Part shown: positions 48,051 through 62,424 of the stretch, one piece after another | Layout of the letters: each line of letters begins with the position of its first letter | Numbering within the stretch: position 1 is the first letter of the stretch | Origin: Camelus dromedarius | Taxonomy: Eukaryota | DNA length: 64,000 bases | Assembly (NCBI RefSeq): GCF_036321535.1 | Contig: NC_087436.1 | Location: 12,028,001 to 12,092,000, forward strand | Direction: 5' to 3' | Program-made: the position numbers and the translations under genes | Notes under the pieces: model-generated | Told to the model about the DNA's origin: nothing | Seen by the model: only the letters and a program-made list of their open reading frames with translations | Database searches by the model: none

Positions 48051-51000
48051 TTTTTTTATTGAAGCGTAATTAACTTACAATATTATAATAGTTCAGTTGT
48101 ACAAGATAGTGACTCTACGTTTTTATACATTACAAAATGATCACCAAAATGAGTCTAGTTACCATCTGTCACCATACAAAGTTATTAAGATATTTTGGTT
48201 TATATTTGCCAGGCTGTACATTACATGCCTGTGATTCTGTTATTTTATAACCAGATGTTTGTGCCTCTTAACTTATCTCACCTATTTCATTGATCCCCCA
48301 GACCTCCCTCTCTGGCAACCACCAGTTTGTTCTCTGTATGTATGACTCTGTCTCTATTTTGTTGTGTTTATTTATTTGTTTGTTTTCTAGATTCCACATA
48401 TAAGTGAAATCATATGGCATTTGTCTTTTTCTGTCTGACTCATTTCACTTAAGCAAAGTACTCTCAAGGTCATCCACATTGTGACAAATGGCAATGTTTC
48501 ATTTTTTATGGCTGAGTAATATTCTGTTGTATGTATATATACCACATTTTCTTTATTCATCCATCTATTAATAGACACTTAGGTTCCTTCCATATCTTGG
48601 CTATTGTAAATAGTGCTGCAGTGAACATATGGGTTCATATATCTTTTAAAATTAGTGCTTTTATTTTCTTTGAAAAAATATCCAGAAGTAGAATTGGTGG
48701 ATTATATGCTAGTTCTATTTTTAATTTTTTGAGGAATCTCAATATTGTTTTCCATATTGGCTGTACCAATTTAGAATCCCACCAATAGTGCATAAGGATT
48801 CCCTTTTCTTTAATCCTCCCAACAATTGTTATTTATTGTCTTTTTGATAATGGCCATTCTGACAATGATATCTCATTGTGGTATTGATTTGCATTTCTCT
48901 GATAATTAGGAATGTTGAACATCTTTTCAGGTGTCTGTTGGCCATCTGTATGTCTTTTTTAGAAAAATGTCTGTTCTGGTCCTCTCCCTGTTATTTAATC
49001 AGGTTGTTTGGGGTTTTTTTTTTAATGCTGAATTGTATGAGGTCTTTATATATTTAGGATATTAACTCTTTATTGATTATATGGTTTGCAAATATCTTTT
49101 CCCTTTCAGTAGGCTGCCTTTTTTTGTTGTGGATAGTTTCCTTCACCATGCAAAAGCTTTTTAGTTTTATATAGTCCCATTTGTTTATTTTTGCTTTTGT
49201 TTTCCTTGACTGTGAAGAAGATCTAAGAAACTATTGCTAAGATAGAAGTCAGAGAGTTCACTGCCTACGTTTTCCTCTAGGAGTTTTATGGTTTCAAGTC
49301 TTACATTTAAGTCTTTAATTTATTTTGAGTTTATTTTTGTTCATGGTATCCGAAAGTAGTCAAGTTTTATTCTTCTATATGGAGCTGTCCAGTTTTCCCA
49401 ACACCATTTATTGAAGAGGTTATCTTTTCCCCATAGTGTATCCAGGGCCCCTTTGTTGTAGATTAATTGGCCATATGAGTTAGGGCTTATTTCTGGGCTC
49501 TCTTTTCTGTTCCACTCTTCTATTTTTCTGTGTTTGTGCCAGTACCGTACTGTAGTACAGTTTGAAATCAGGGAGCATGATATCTCCAGCTTTATTCTTC
49601 TTTCTCAAGGTTGCTTTGGCTATTTGGGGTGTTTTGTGTTTTTATATAGAATTTAGAATAATTCTATTTCTGGGGAAAATGCCATTGGTATTTTGATAGA
49701 GATTGCATTGAATCTGTAAATGGGATTAAAAATTGGACTGCTTTCTTAATTTCTCTTTTTGATAATTTGTTGTAAGTGTAGGGAAACAACAGATTCCTGT
49801 ATGTTAATTTTGCATCCTGTAACATTACTGAATTCATTTATTAGTTCTAATAGTTTTTTTGATGATGTCTTTAGGACTTTATATAATATGATGTCATCTA
49901 CAAATAGTGACAGTTTTACCTATTCCTTTCCAATTTGGGTTCCTTTTATTTCCTTTTCTTGTATGATTGCTGTGATTAAGATTTCCAATTCTAAGTTGAG
50001 TAAAAGTGGTGAATGTGGGCATCCTTGTCTTGCTCCTGAATTGAGAAAAATCTTTCAGATTTTCACCATTGAGCATGGTATTAGCTGTAGATTTGTCAGA
50101 ATGTTTTTTAGTGTTTAATGTTTTTAATGTTTTAATGTCATAATGCTTTTTAATGTTGAGGTATATTCCCTCTGTATCCACTTTGTTGAGAGTTTTTATC
50201 ACGAATAGATGATGGATTTTGTCAAATACCTTTTCTGCATCTATTGAGATGATTACATGATTTTTCTCATTTTGTTAATGTGGTATATCATATTGATTGA
50301 TTTGTGAATATTGAACCATCTTTGCATTCCTGTAGTATAAAACTCACTTGATCATAGTGTATGATTCTTTTTGTATATTGTTGGATTCAGTTTGCTAATA
50401 TTTCATTGAGGATTTTTGCATCTATGTTAATCAGTGATACTGGATTATAATTTTCTTTTTTGTGGTGTTTCTATCTGGTTTTTATATTAGTCCTTGTAGA
50501 ATGAGTTCAGAAATGTTCCTTTCTCTTCAATTTTTTAGAATAATTTTAGAAGGATAGGTGTTAACTCTTCTTTAAATGGTTTGGTAGAGTTCACTTCTGA
50601 AGCCATCTAGTTCTGCACTTTTGTTTCTGGAACTTTTTTTTTTTACTAGCTCAATTTCATTATGGTAATCAGTCTGTTCATATTCTCTGCTTCTTTGTGA
50701 TTCACTGTTGGGACACTGTACACTTTCAGGAATTTATACATTCCTCTTGCTTGTCCATTTATTGACCTATAATTGTAAGTAATCTCTTATGATTCTTTGT
50801 AATTTTATGGTGTTGGTTGTAACGTCTCAATTTTGTTATTCATTGCAAAGAACCAGCTCTTAGTTTAATTGATCTTTTCTATTGCTTTTTAGGTCACTAT
50901 TTCACTTATTTATGCTCTGTTTTTTGTTATTATTTTCAGTCTACTAACTGGGTTTTGTTTGTTGTTCTTTTTTTAGTTCCGTTAGGTATGAGGTTAATTT

Positions 51001-54000
51001 GTTTATGCAAGATTTTTCTTATATCTTGAGGTAAGCTTATATCACTATACACTTCCCACTTAGAAATGCTTTTTTCATATCCTGTAGATTTTGGATCATG
51101 ATGTTGCCATTTTCTTTTATCTCCAGGTATTTTTTTGATTTTCTTTTTGATCTCTTCAGTGACCCATTTGTTGTTTAGTAGCAGATGTTTAGTCTTCATA
51201 TGTTTGTGTTTTTAGTTTTTTCTTATAGTTGATTTCTTGTCTCGTATCTTGTGATCAGAAAAGATGCTTGATAAGATTTCAATTTGCTTAAATTTATTCT
51301 AAGAAATAGCATATGATCTATTCTGGAGAATGTTCCCTGTGCACTTCAAAGAATCTGTATTCTGCTGGTTTTGGATGAAATGGTCTATATATACCTAGTA
51401 AGACCATCTGGTCTAATGTGTTATTTAAGGCCGTTGTTTCCTTACTGATTTTCTGTCCAGGTGATGTGTCCAGAGATACAAGTGTGGTGTTAAAGTCCCC
51501 TACCATTATTGAGGCACTGCCAATTTCTCTCTTTATGTTTGTTAATATTTGCTTTATGTATTTAGGTGCTCCTATGTTGGGTGCTTATTTACAATTTTTG
51601 TATATTCTTGTTGAATTGATCACTTTATTGTTGTGTAATTTTCTTCTCTGTTTTTTGTTGCAGTCTTTGTTTTAAAGTTTATTTTGCTTAAATGTTGCTA
51701 CCTCAGCTTTTTGTTTCCATCTGTATGGAATAATTTTTTTTCATCCTTTCTTTTTTTCTGTGTGTCTTTAGATTTGATGTCAGTCTCTTGTAGGCAACAT
51801 GAATATGAGTCTTTTTTTTTTTTAATCCATTCAGCCACCCTGTCTTTTTATTGGAGCATATACCCCATTTAACTTTAAAGTAATTATTGATAGCTATGCA
51901 CATATTGCTGTTTTGTAAATTTTTCTCAGGTTGTTTTTGTAGTTCTTTTTTTGTTCCCTTTTTTTTTTTTTTTTTTTTTGCCCTCTTCTGTTGTGAATTA
52001 ATGACTATCTTCAGTTTTATTTTTGGATTTTTTTCTCTGTTTTGTTTGTGTATCCATTATAGGTTTTTAATTTGTGGTTACCATGAGGTTCAAATATAAC
52101 AACATATATATATAATATATTATATATATGTATATGCATATGTATGTGATTATTTTAAGATGATGATTTCTTACATTGAATTCATTCTAATAACCCTGAA
52201 CTTTTACTCCCCCTACCACATGTAATGTTTTGACATCATATTTTACATATTTTTATTTTGTGTATATCTTAACTATTTATTGTGGATATAGATAATTTTA
52301 CTCCTTTTGTCTTTTACACATAAGCAGCATTTCTTACAAGGCCAATTTAGTGGTAATGAACTCTTGTGGCTTTTGCTGATGTGTAAAAATCGTTATCTCT
52401 CTTTCAAATCTGAATGAGAGCCTCATGGGTAGAGTATTTTTGACTGTAGATTCTTTACTTCTATCACTTTAACTATTTCACACCACTCCCTTCAAACCTG
52501 TAAAATTTCTGCTGAAAATTCAACTGATAGACTTATAGAATTCCCCTTGTATGTACCTGTTGCACTTCTCTTTCTGTTTTTAAGACTTCTTCTTTATCTT
52601 TAATGTTTTTGCCATTTTAATTATGATATCTGGGTTCATCTTCTCTTGGACTCTCTGTGCTTCCTGAATCTGCATGCCTGTTTCTTTTCTCAATTTTTAG
52701 GGAAGTTTTCAACTATTATTTCTTCAAGTAAGTACTATGCCCTTTCTGGTTTCTCCTTCTGGGACCCATGTAATGTGAATGTTAGATGCTTGTTACTGCC
52801 TCAGAGTTCTCTTAAACTATACTCATTTTTAAAAATTATTTTTTCTATTTTCTATTTAGCTCAGATAATTTCCACAACTTTGTCTTCCAGTTTGGTAATT
52901 CATTCCTCTGAATCATCTAATCTACTCCTGACTCCTAGTGTTTTGTTTGTTTGTTTGTTTGTTTGTTTGTTTGTTGTAATTTTTGGTTATTGTATTCTTC
53001 AAATCTGTTTGGTTCTTCTTTCTATTTTCTAACTCATTGTTTATCCATTCCTCCCCTGAGTTCACTGAGCATCTTTATGATCATTTTCTTGTGCTTCTTA
53101 CCAGATAGATTGCTTATCTCCACTTTGCTTAGTTCTTCTTCTAGAGCTTTATCTTTTTCTTGTGTTGGGGACATATTCCTCTGTCTCTTCATTTTGCCTA
53201 GTTCTCTGTGTTTATTTCTATGTATTAGGTAGGTAGGTTATATCTCCCAATCTTGGAGAAATCATTTTGTGAAGGAGACATCCGGTGAGGCCCAGCAGCA
53301 CACTACCCTCTTGTCACCAGCGTTATATGCTCTAGTGGTGCGCTCTGTGTGGGCTGTGTGGGGTCTTCTGCTGTGGTGGGGCTGACTGCTATGGGAATGT
53401 GGGTAGGCAGGTCTGGCCCCTGGCCCGGTTGACTGCTAGGCCCTGCCTTTGCAGTGACTGCCAGCCCACCTGTGGACAGGTTGGGTCCCTGCATAGCTAG
53501 CTGCATAGCCTGGGGTGTCATAGGGTTGATCCCAGCCCTCTGGTGGTCAGGGCCATGGAATGGGGCAGCTGGCTATTCAGCCTAGTGTGGTCCCAAGACT
53601 GGCACCAACAGGTAAGCTCCCAGCAATAATATTCTAGAGAGAGAAATCCAAAATGGCACTTGCCAGCACCAGTATCCTCATGGTAGGACCAGCTTCCCAA
53701 AATGCAAGCCACCAGCATCCATGTCACCATGGGGAGTCTCAGTTACCCCCTGCCTCTCAGGAAGTCTCTCCAATATCAACACTGGGTCTGACTCAGGGTC
53801 CTTTCACATTGTTGCCTCTACTTTTGGCCCCAAAGCATGTGAGATTTTTGCATAAACCCTTTAAGAACAGTGTCTCTGTTTCTCATACCCCTCTTGCTCT
53901 CTTATACATAAGCCTCTCTGGCCCTTAAAGCCAGACATTCTGGGAGTTCATCTTCCTGGTGCAAGGCTCCCTGGCTGGAGAGCCCAGTGTGGGGCTCAGA

Positions 54001-54260
54001 CCCCTCACTCCTTGTGATTATCCTTCTTTTTTGTGAACTGCACCTGGCAGCATGGTCCTTTACTGTACCGCTCTTCACTTCTCCTACTAGTCTCATCATG
54101 GTTCTTCCTTCACATCTTTAGTTGTGGAAAATCTTTTCTGCTAGTCTTCAAGTCATTCTCAGAGATAGTTGCTCTGCAAATAGTTTTAGTTTTGGTGTGC
54201 TTGTGGGAGAAGGTACGCTCAGAGTCTTTCTACTCTTCCAACTGTAGAGTTCCAAAGCCA
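48051..54260 (-). mobile_element. Near full-length decayed LINE-1 inserted in Tigger1
   Basis: 3' end with AATAAA and A tail at about 48051-48060; RT motif FVDD at 49893-49904 (-); endonuclease remnant VGDFNT (ORF 51318-51506); ORF1 remnants about 52.3-53.2 kb; GC-richer 5'UTR about 53.2-54.25 kb. Confidence 0.95.
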
Positions 54261-54264
54261 TCCT

Positions 54265-55321
54265 TGTCCTTCGATGCTTTGAAGCCAGGCGTTTTCCATT
54301 CTAGCTGTGAGTCTCAGACGGCATCTTCTTCCGGTATAAGGATGTTATATCTACACAGAAAATCTGTTGTATAGTGTAGCCACCTTCATTAAGGATCTGA
54401 GTTAGATCTTCTGGATAATTTGCTGCAGCTTCTACATCTGCAATTGCTGCTTCATCTTGTACTGTAATGTTATAGAGTAGGTTTCTTTCCTTAGACCTCA
54501 TAAACCAAACTCTGCTACCTTCAGACTTTTCTTCTGGAGCTTCGTCTCCTCTCTCAACCTTCACAGAATTGAAGAGAGTTGGGACCTTGCTCTGGATTAA
54601 GCTTTGGCTTAAAGGAATATTGTGGCTGGCTTGATCCATCCAGACCACTCAAACTTTCTCCATGTCAGCAATGGGATGTTTCCTTTCTTAACATTTATAT
54701 ATTAACTGAAGTAGCACCTTCAATATCCTTCAGGAACTTTTCCTTTGCCTGCACAACTTGACTAACTGCTTGGCACAAGAGGCCTAACTTTTGGCCTGTC
54801 TTGGCTTTCAGCATGCCTTCCTCACTGAGCTTAATCATTTCTAGCTTTTAATTTCAAGTAAAGAGACCTGAGGCTTTTCTTTTCATTTGAACACTAGAGG
54901 CCATTGTAGAGTTATTAACTGGCCTTATTTCAATATTGTTGCATCTCACAAAATTGAGAGGCCTGAGGAGAGGGAAAGAGACAGGAAATGGCTGGTGGGT
55001 GGAACAGTCAGAAGATACACAACATTTATCAATTCAGTTCACCTTCTTACATGGTTCTTGGCATCCCCAAATAACTACAATAGTAACATCAAAGATCACT
55101 TACCACAGATCACCATAACAAATATAATAATTATGAGAAAGTTTGAAACATTGCAAGAATTATCAAAATGTAACGCAGAGACATGAAGTGAGCAAATCCT
55201 GTTGGCAAAATGACCTTCCTTGCTCATTGCAGGGTTGCCACAAACCTTCAATTTGTAAAAAAAAAAATGCAATATCTGCCAAGCACAATAAAGTGATGTC
55301 CAATAAAACAAGGTATGTCTG
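54265..55321 (-). mobile_element. Tigger1 DNA transposon, 5' half
   Basis: ORF 54301-54648 (-) [23 protein letters not shown] matches the Tigger1 CENP-B-type DNA-binding region; ends in TIR aggtatgtctg then TA (55322-55323). Confidence 0.95.
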
Positions 55322-55860
55322 TATTTAGAAATGTGTTTTTAGATTACAGATATATGTTGTTATTGTTGTTTTTTTAATTGTACTGTGTCCAGAGAACATG
55401 GTCTCATAAAGTGAGTTTTTAAATTACCTTCACTCTGACTTTGGGCTAATGTACGGTTAATTCTTATAAACGCTTTATGTATGCATAAGATATTGTATAT
55501 CCTCTAATTGTTTCACGAAGAAATCAAATTTGCTAATCCTGTTGTTCAGGTATTCTCTGTCTTTACTAATTTTTGACTGTTTGAATTGTCAATAACTGAA
55601 TGCTGAATATGTTGAAATTTATCCCTGTTGGTGGATTAACATTTCTTCCCTTTTGTTACTATGCTCTTTTATCCCATATTTTAAGACTGATTTTTCCCTA
55701 TAGGCATCTGAGTTTAGATTTGTTAGATCTTCTTCATATACTCAAACTTTTATCATTATTCAATGATCTTTCCTAATCCTTAAGAATTTGATTTTAAAGT
55801 CAGTTTTGTCTGGTATGAACTTAGCTGCTCTCATCTTTCTTTTGATTGTATTCCTTTGAT
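55322..55860 (-). mobile_element. Ancient LINE-1, continuation of 43420-46488
   Basis: Removing Tigger1 restores ttaacccataagt-ta-tttagaaatgtgtttt, a contiguous antisense L1 ORF2 motif; also tgtgtccagagaacatggtc. Confidence 0.8.
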
Positions 55861-55865
55861 GCACT

Positions 55866-56085
55866 TTGTTGTAGCTAGCCTTCACAATGGCCCCCAATGG
55901 CCTGCAAATTGTGGTCATCGCATCCTCAAATAGTTCCCTCTCATAGTGGGTAGGGTAGACCCGCTAAGTCACTGGGATATTGTATAAATGGCAGTGTGTG
56001 GCTTCGGCCCCAGGTTACAAAAGGCACCATGACTTCTCTGATCACCTGCTCTGAGGGAAGCCAGATGTCATGTTGTCAGGGTATC
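55866..56085 (+). mobile_element. MaLR LTR 5' part (MLT1F-like)
   Basis: tagccttcacaatggcccccaatg...aggttacaaaaggcac...gatcacctgctctgagggaagccagatgtcatgttgt. Confidence 0.75.
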
Positions 56086-56516
56086 ACACAGAAACAATCT
56101 TATTTTCTAAATAGAGTATTAACTTGTCTGGAAAAGAAGGATGAACAGCCATTTTTAAAGGTGTGGTGGCATTTGTTTCAGGTCATTAGCATTCCTCACA
56201 GTGTGAACTGAAAAATAGCTTAGGAAATGTGTCTCAAAATATTGAATGACAGTATACTAATAAACAAAAAAGAAAGAGCAGAAAAATCAAGGGAATGACT
56301 AGAAAAATGTGTCCAGGCAATGGAATAATGTACCTCCCTTGAAAATCACAGTTTAAAAATACTCAATGACCTGGAGGAAAATATATAATGTAATATTAAT
56401 TTAAAATTAAGGTACAAATTATATTCATGTTATGATCCTATCAGTGAACTATTTGGAAAGATGTAGAAATTTTTAATTTTCTCTATACAGTTTATGCTTT
56501 CCAAAATTTCAAAGTT

Positions 56517-56830
56517 GTGATAGAGTGTATTTTATCAAGTGTTCTCTGCCCTCCCTATGACAGAATTACACTTTTGCACCCCATCTCTTAGGAGGGTGTC
56601 TTGCTTTGATCAATTAAATGTGAATGGAGTGATGTCTGCCATGTCGGAGCAGAAGTTTACAAGCCACTGTGAGTTTCCGTCACAGTTCTCCTCCTCCTGC
56701 TCTGAACACATCATGTCCAGATTGAGGCCATCTGTCATTGTGCATCCACAAATTAAAAGCATACGTGCAGCTCGCATGTATGTGCATAAAAACATAAACC
56801 TCTGTCGCTATAAGCCAGTGAAGGTACTAA
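56517..56830 (+). mobile_element. MaLR LTR (old MLT1)
   Basis: tcttgctttgatcaattaaatgtga, gagcagaagtttacaagccactgtg, cataaacctctgtcgctataagccagtga. Confidence 0.65.
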
Positions 56831-57169
56831 TATAGAGATCATGTGCCTTGTGTTTCAGTTTAGAAAATAATAAATAATATAAAAATCACACTATAAAATA
56901 TGGATGTTATTTAAAAAATCACACCATAAACACTTTCAGGAAGAGATGCACGAATCCGCCATTGTGCTCGGGCTCTCGGGGTGGGGGGGGGATTTGTTCT
57001 AAGTCCCCTTGCAGACTCCCATTGGGCAGTGTGGGAGTCTTCGTTCCATCCTTTGTGTGTCTGATTCTTCTCTTCCTTAGGATGCTTCCACTGTCCACCT
57101 CCAACTGTAAAAGATCCAGTAAAATACCAAGATTACTGTTCTCTCTAATTCCTCACTTGTCTTTCTCTC

Positions 57170-57450
57170 CCATCCACTTCAGTCTCTGATCAGGAAGGTC
57201 ACCAATAATATCTTCACTGTCAAATCTAATGGCCTGACTCAGTCCTCATCTTGGTTTCTTTTTAGATCTTGACTGGTGTGTATATCCCTGTCCTTACTGA
57301 CACTTCTCCTCGCTTACTTCACAGGGCACTGTAATGTTCTGTCTCTCCTAACACCGCTGAGACTCCTGTCAGCTGACATTTCCTTATTTTCCCTTCCCTT
57401 CTAGTCATGTGTACCTTCAGGTCTCTCGTCATCCTTTTTTTCTCTTATTT
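57170..57450 (+). mobile_element. LINE-2 internal fragment
   Basis: aaggtcaccaataatatcttcactgtcaaatctaatggcc..ctcagtcctcatctt. Confidence 0.65.
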
Positions 57451-60400
57451 TTCCAATAATATCTTCTTTGTCACACATACGCATTCATTACAAAGATGTA
57501 TAGAGAAATAAGCATGCATCTATGAGTTGCTTTGATCTGCTTTACTGGGAAATTGTGGCATGGCCATTGGGAGAGGAAGAAGCCTTCAGAAGACTACACT
57601 GCATCCTTGAGATTAATATAAAATTACATTACAGGATTTAAACCTGTGTCCATTCAATAGTGAAGCATTTTCTGATTGATGAAATTACTCCAAAAATTGT
57701 CCCATGACAATTTTAATATCTAACTTCATTTTCTGGGAACTTTTCTGAATGACATATGACCAGTAGTTTTCATAAACAAGCCATATTCAACTAGAAATGG
57801 TACTGATCATGGTTAAGATTTTAAAAGCTCTATAATTTCTTGAGATTACAAATAAGAGTTCAGGGACTCTTAGACTCATGTAGCAAATAAGCCAAAATCT
57901 ACACTAACAATTTTATGGAGTTTGCAGCAACAACACGAATGCCTGGAGATGTTAATTTTCTGTGAAACAATTACTGCTTCTATAAAACTTTGCTTGTTTT
58001 CTATTACTCTATTGGAATCTAATGTTTTATTCCCATCTTAAGTACTTCTGAAGAAATAAAATCATATGCCTAGCCAGAAAAACTCTTAACTCTTCCTGAA
58101 ATAATTCTTTGTGATTAGCCATCTTCACCACAACACTGTTCAAAAGAGAAGAAATGTATCATGTTTTAAAAGACCACTAGAGAAAAAGGATTTAGAGCTT
58201 ACTTTTGGTGGCTTATTCCAATGAGTAAGTTCCCAAAGGAAATTATTCCTCATCTAACCTGAATATTTCACAGCAGGCTTAAATGTTTCCTTTTACTGTG
58301 TCTTTACTGACAATATCTATAAAGGAACTCCTTTAAACTGCAAAACCATTTTTAAAATTACTCCTTGCCAACTTTGTTTAACTCAAGTCTTTGAAAAATT
58401 AAATTCATAAATAATTTCTGAGATAATTTCTCAGAATGCTTTCCAAGTTAGGATCCCACTTTGTATAATGTTTTAAAATTATGTGTTACGTAAATTCATT
58501 TTTTCTTAATTTACAGTTCAGAATATCCTATTTTGTATCCATTTAAAGATACATTATTAAATATATGCATTTAGTTAGACTTAACAAAAAAATGCTCTTT
58601 GAACAAACCCGTCGTCAAGTTTATACCAATAACAAGACAAAACAAAAAGATGGTCTAAGAATTTTTTTTCTTTTTACTGTTAGTTCTTTTCAACTTCCTG
58701 ACTTTTGTGGCCGCTATAACTCTTAGGCAGGATTATCACAGTGTAACATAAATAAGAGATTAACTTTACAGTCACTCTCCATTCACATAAAACTCCTTGA
58801 CCTACTCAAGTCCAGTAGGGTCAGCGTTTTCTTTGGCCAGCTTGGGACTTTGGCTGTGGTAACACGGGGCTCACGCCATGGAATACTGTCAGCACAAGGG
58901 ATATCCTTTGGAAAACAACGCAAACTCGCTCTCTCTTTTTTTTTTTTTTTTTTTTGCATACAAAAGTAGGGAAACTATCATTCTTTAATTCATTTATGTC
59001 AAAGAGCCTAAAGAAGTTTGTAAGGACAAAGAAAAGCCCAGCTAATTAACCATTGTGTTGCAATCATAATCAAGATTTACAAAGTACTTTTTGTGCCAGG
59101 TAGCGCATAGATTGCACAAAAGACAATTTCTGCTGACAAATTTTCTGCCAGCCCTGTGTCTCAGGTTCAACAGTTGAACCCTTTGTGCCAAAGTCTTCTG
59201 ATTAATTAGGAAAATTCAACAAGCAATTATGAAAATAACTCCCCAAGTCACTTAGGCACACGGTAGTGTTTTCCTGTTATATTTCAAGTAAACAAAAGGA
59301 TATTGGTTGATTGTTGGAAGGGAGTTGATTATAACCTTTTGGCTTTAAATAATGAGCCTGTGTCTTAATTCCTTTTAATGGTTTGGAATTCCAAAGCTAT
59401 GGAGTTCATTAGGGAAGCAGAGGAAGTAAACACATGAAAAATAGGGAACGAGGCCCATTGAATCTCAATCCACTTCCTTTCCCCAACATTAACTTGCAGG
59501 TGAACTAAATCCACAGGCACTTCTAAATAACCCAGACAAACCAAATAACTTTTAGATGTCCCAAAGCTATCTTTCAGCATAGAAGTGGATTGTACGTGTG
59601 TTCAAATGAATTGACAGGGGGAGCAGTGCTGAGGGATTTTGAACTACGCATGAGTCGAATTACTGAGAAGTGGATAGAGATGGATGTTTTCAGTTACAGT
59701 TTTAACTGGACATAATGGCTTCCCCACAGGAAAGCTCATGGGTCCATAAACCTAGACCACTGCTCCCTTACAGGAAAGGAGCTGTTTATTACTGCAGCCC
59801 ATGCCACCTGCTCAGCTATCAAGTATCCATTTATTCTCTTGGGAACAACAGGGTGGGGTAGTCACTAGAAACAGGGCTGACAGCCAGCAGTATTCCACTT
59901 CCAAATTCTGGCCATCTCCTCCAGTAAACTCTGTCTAGTCCCCTCAGTAAAGCTAGCCATCACATATTTAAAACTGGAGCCAGATATCTAGTGATTTGGG
60001 AAGTAGCCACGCCTCACTTGGATTTCTTTGGCACAGAATGCATTCAAAATTACCCTTGTCACCTGCAAATACTTACTGGGCATCTTCTGTTAACATGTAA
60101 TAAATGAGTCAAAAGGCATATAGTACACCTGGATTTATATGATGTGCTTCTGAAAACCAGGTGTGTTATAAAGGGATTATTTTATATGTGGTTTTGAAAG
60201 CAGGAGATTTTTAAAAAAGAATTCATGTAAATTTATTCCATCTAAAATTTCTGTAAATTGAATCAGCTCTATAGTAGCTGATTTTTAGGTGTTGTCTATG
60301 CTACACAAAATTAATTTTAAAGATAAACATCAGTGACAAACAGAACACAAATTTCCCCACACAAAGAATCAGAATGCAGGTATACAAAATAAATTCTTTT

Positions 60401-60744
60401 TAAATATAATGTTGAAATATCCCTCAGTGGGGAAAAAGCTAGTCAAACTTGATTGGTAGCCATGAATATGAAAGATGTTCACTCTGCTGCCTAAGTGACT
60501 TACCAAGAGCTAAACCAATCATACCACCCAGCAGTAAATAGTAATGCCAATGTCCTCGAGACTTTGCCGAGCTTTGATCGTATAAAATATTTTGACCTAT
60601 GCCAATACTTATAAAAAAAGTTAATATTATAACTTTTATAACTTTGGTTGAAAATATTGGGCATTATTTTATATACTTACAAGGTAATTATATTATATTA
60701 TAATTTTTCTAAATGATAGTTTTTTGTTGTTTCATATTTAATGG

Positions 60745-60890
60745 CAGGTGACCTGTATATATTCTGGGTATAACTTTGTTATCAGTTATATATGTTGTAA
60801 TTGATTTCTCCCAGGCTACTGTCTCCTTTAACTTTGATTATACTGGCTTTTGTTATTTGGTACACTTAAAATTTTGATGTTAAGTTTAAA
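60745..60890 (-). mobile_element. Ancient LINE-1 fragment
   Basis: tatatattctgggtataactttgttatcagttatatatgttgtaa..tttctcccag..cctttaacttt. Confidence 0.6.
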
Positions 60891-61955
60891 AAAAATGAAT
60901 TCTTTTTTTATTGTTGTTATTACCGCGGAGGCAAAAAAAAAAACAAAAAAAACAAAAAAAAAACCTGCTCCTCTTGGAACCCTGTGTTTGCACAATTCGA
61001 ATCATGAGGGTATAGAATGACAAAATAGTCTCTCTGCCCTCTGAAGTAGGCGACAGTCCCTGGGCGTGGTGATACACCGTAAACAGCCCAGTGGTAGAAC
61101 TTTGCTGGCAGCAGAATTCACTGGCAGCTGACCAACTTGAATGTTTTTGTACTATCCTTGATTTCTGCCGTTGGCCAAGAGAGAGAAAAAAATGTTCTAG
61201 TGATTCGGGATACTGAAAGGATGGATGTCTAGAAATGGAAGATGGGGGAAGAGAAATGCTTCTCTCACACATCGTTAAGCATTGGAAATGATTAAGTGGT
61301 TACTCCAGAGACCCCAAATGTTTTAGAAATACAAAGCTAATAAAATCTCCTGGTATCTTAAAACCCAAATCGCTCAGCTTAGTCTCTTTTTTAAGCATTT
61401 TAGTGTTACTGTACCATATTAGAAAAACAAACAGTAATGGTCGCAGTGAAGCACACAGTCAATAAAAAGCCCACTCAGACTACTGTCACGATAAGAACCC
61501 GGGGCCAGCTGCGGCTGACGGAGCGCTCGGCCAAGCCCGCCTGCTGCTGCTGGAGGCCTGGCTTTTTCAAATTGTGAAGTCATACTTAGCTGGAGTTGAA
61601 GATGGAAGAGAACACAGAGGTAGAAGCACAAAACATGGGAGTACACTGTTAGTTGGAGTCTTGGTTTCTTAGCACCCAGTTTTTCTATGACTCAGTCTCC
61701 CATCTGAGAATGAGACCACCCAAAACATGTGTTTTATCACAAATATCTTGCTATTGACAGCCTCAGGACAAAGTAGGCAAGAGATGAGCATAGAGAAGTA
61801 GATCTGATCCAATCAGAAACCTATGTTGCTAGTCTTTCCCAGTCATTTATCTGCGAGAGCTCTAAGTTCTGCCCTATGGAATCAAATATTCCTTTTCCTA
61901 ATTCTTTGCACATGTAACATGTTTTTGGGTGTCATTAAATCCCCAACAGGAATGA

Positions 61956-62356
61956 TACATTAGTAGCTTGGGCTGCCATAACAAAATGCCACATACTGGG
62001 TGGCTTAAAAAACAGAAATTTATTTTCTCATAGTTCTGGAGGCTTGAAGTGCAAGATCAAAGTGCCAACAGTTTTGCTTCCTGGTAAGGACCCTCTTCTG
62101 GCTTGCAGATGGTCCCCTTCTCAAATTGTCTTCACATGACCCATTCTTGGAGAGGGAGAGAAAATGAGAGAGAGATCTATTTCTAGTGTCCTCCTCCGTT
62201 TCTTATAAGGACACCAGTCCTATGTCACTAGGGACCCATCCTGGCGACCTCATTTAACCTTAATTACCTCCTTAAAGGCCCTACCTCTGAATATAGTCAA
62301 ACTGCAGTTAGGGACTCAACATAAGCATTTTGAGGGACACAATTCAGTCCATAACA
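61956..62356 (-). mobile_element. MaLR solo LTR (MLT1A/B-like)
   Basis: gggctgccataacaaaatgccacatactgggtggcttaaa...acacaattcagtccataaca; perfect 5-bp TSD aatga at 61951-61955 and 62357-62361. Confidence 0.93.
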
Positions 62357-62424
62357 AATGAAAAGTATTGATTAGTAATTATTAATCAGGCATATTGTGT
62401 AGACTAGTTAATATAATAAGCCAA

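Noticed and set aside
46723..54648. Transposase-like ORFs as a domesticated TIGD-type gene
   Set aside because: The frame is broken and split by a 6.4-kb L1, and TIRs with a TA duplication show it is an ordinary Tigger1 fossil.
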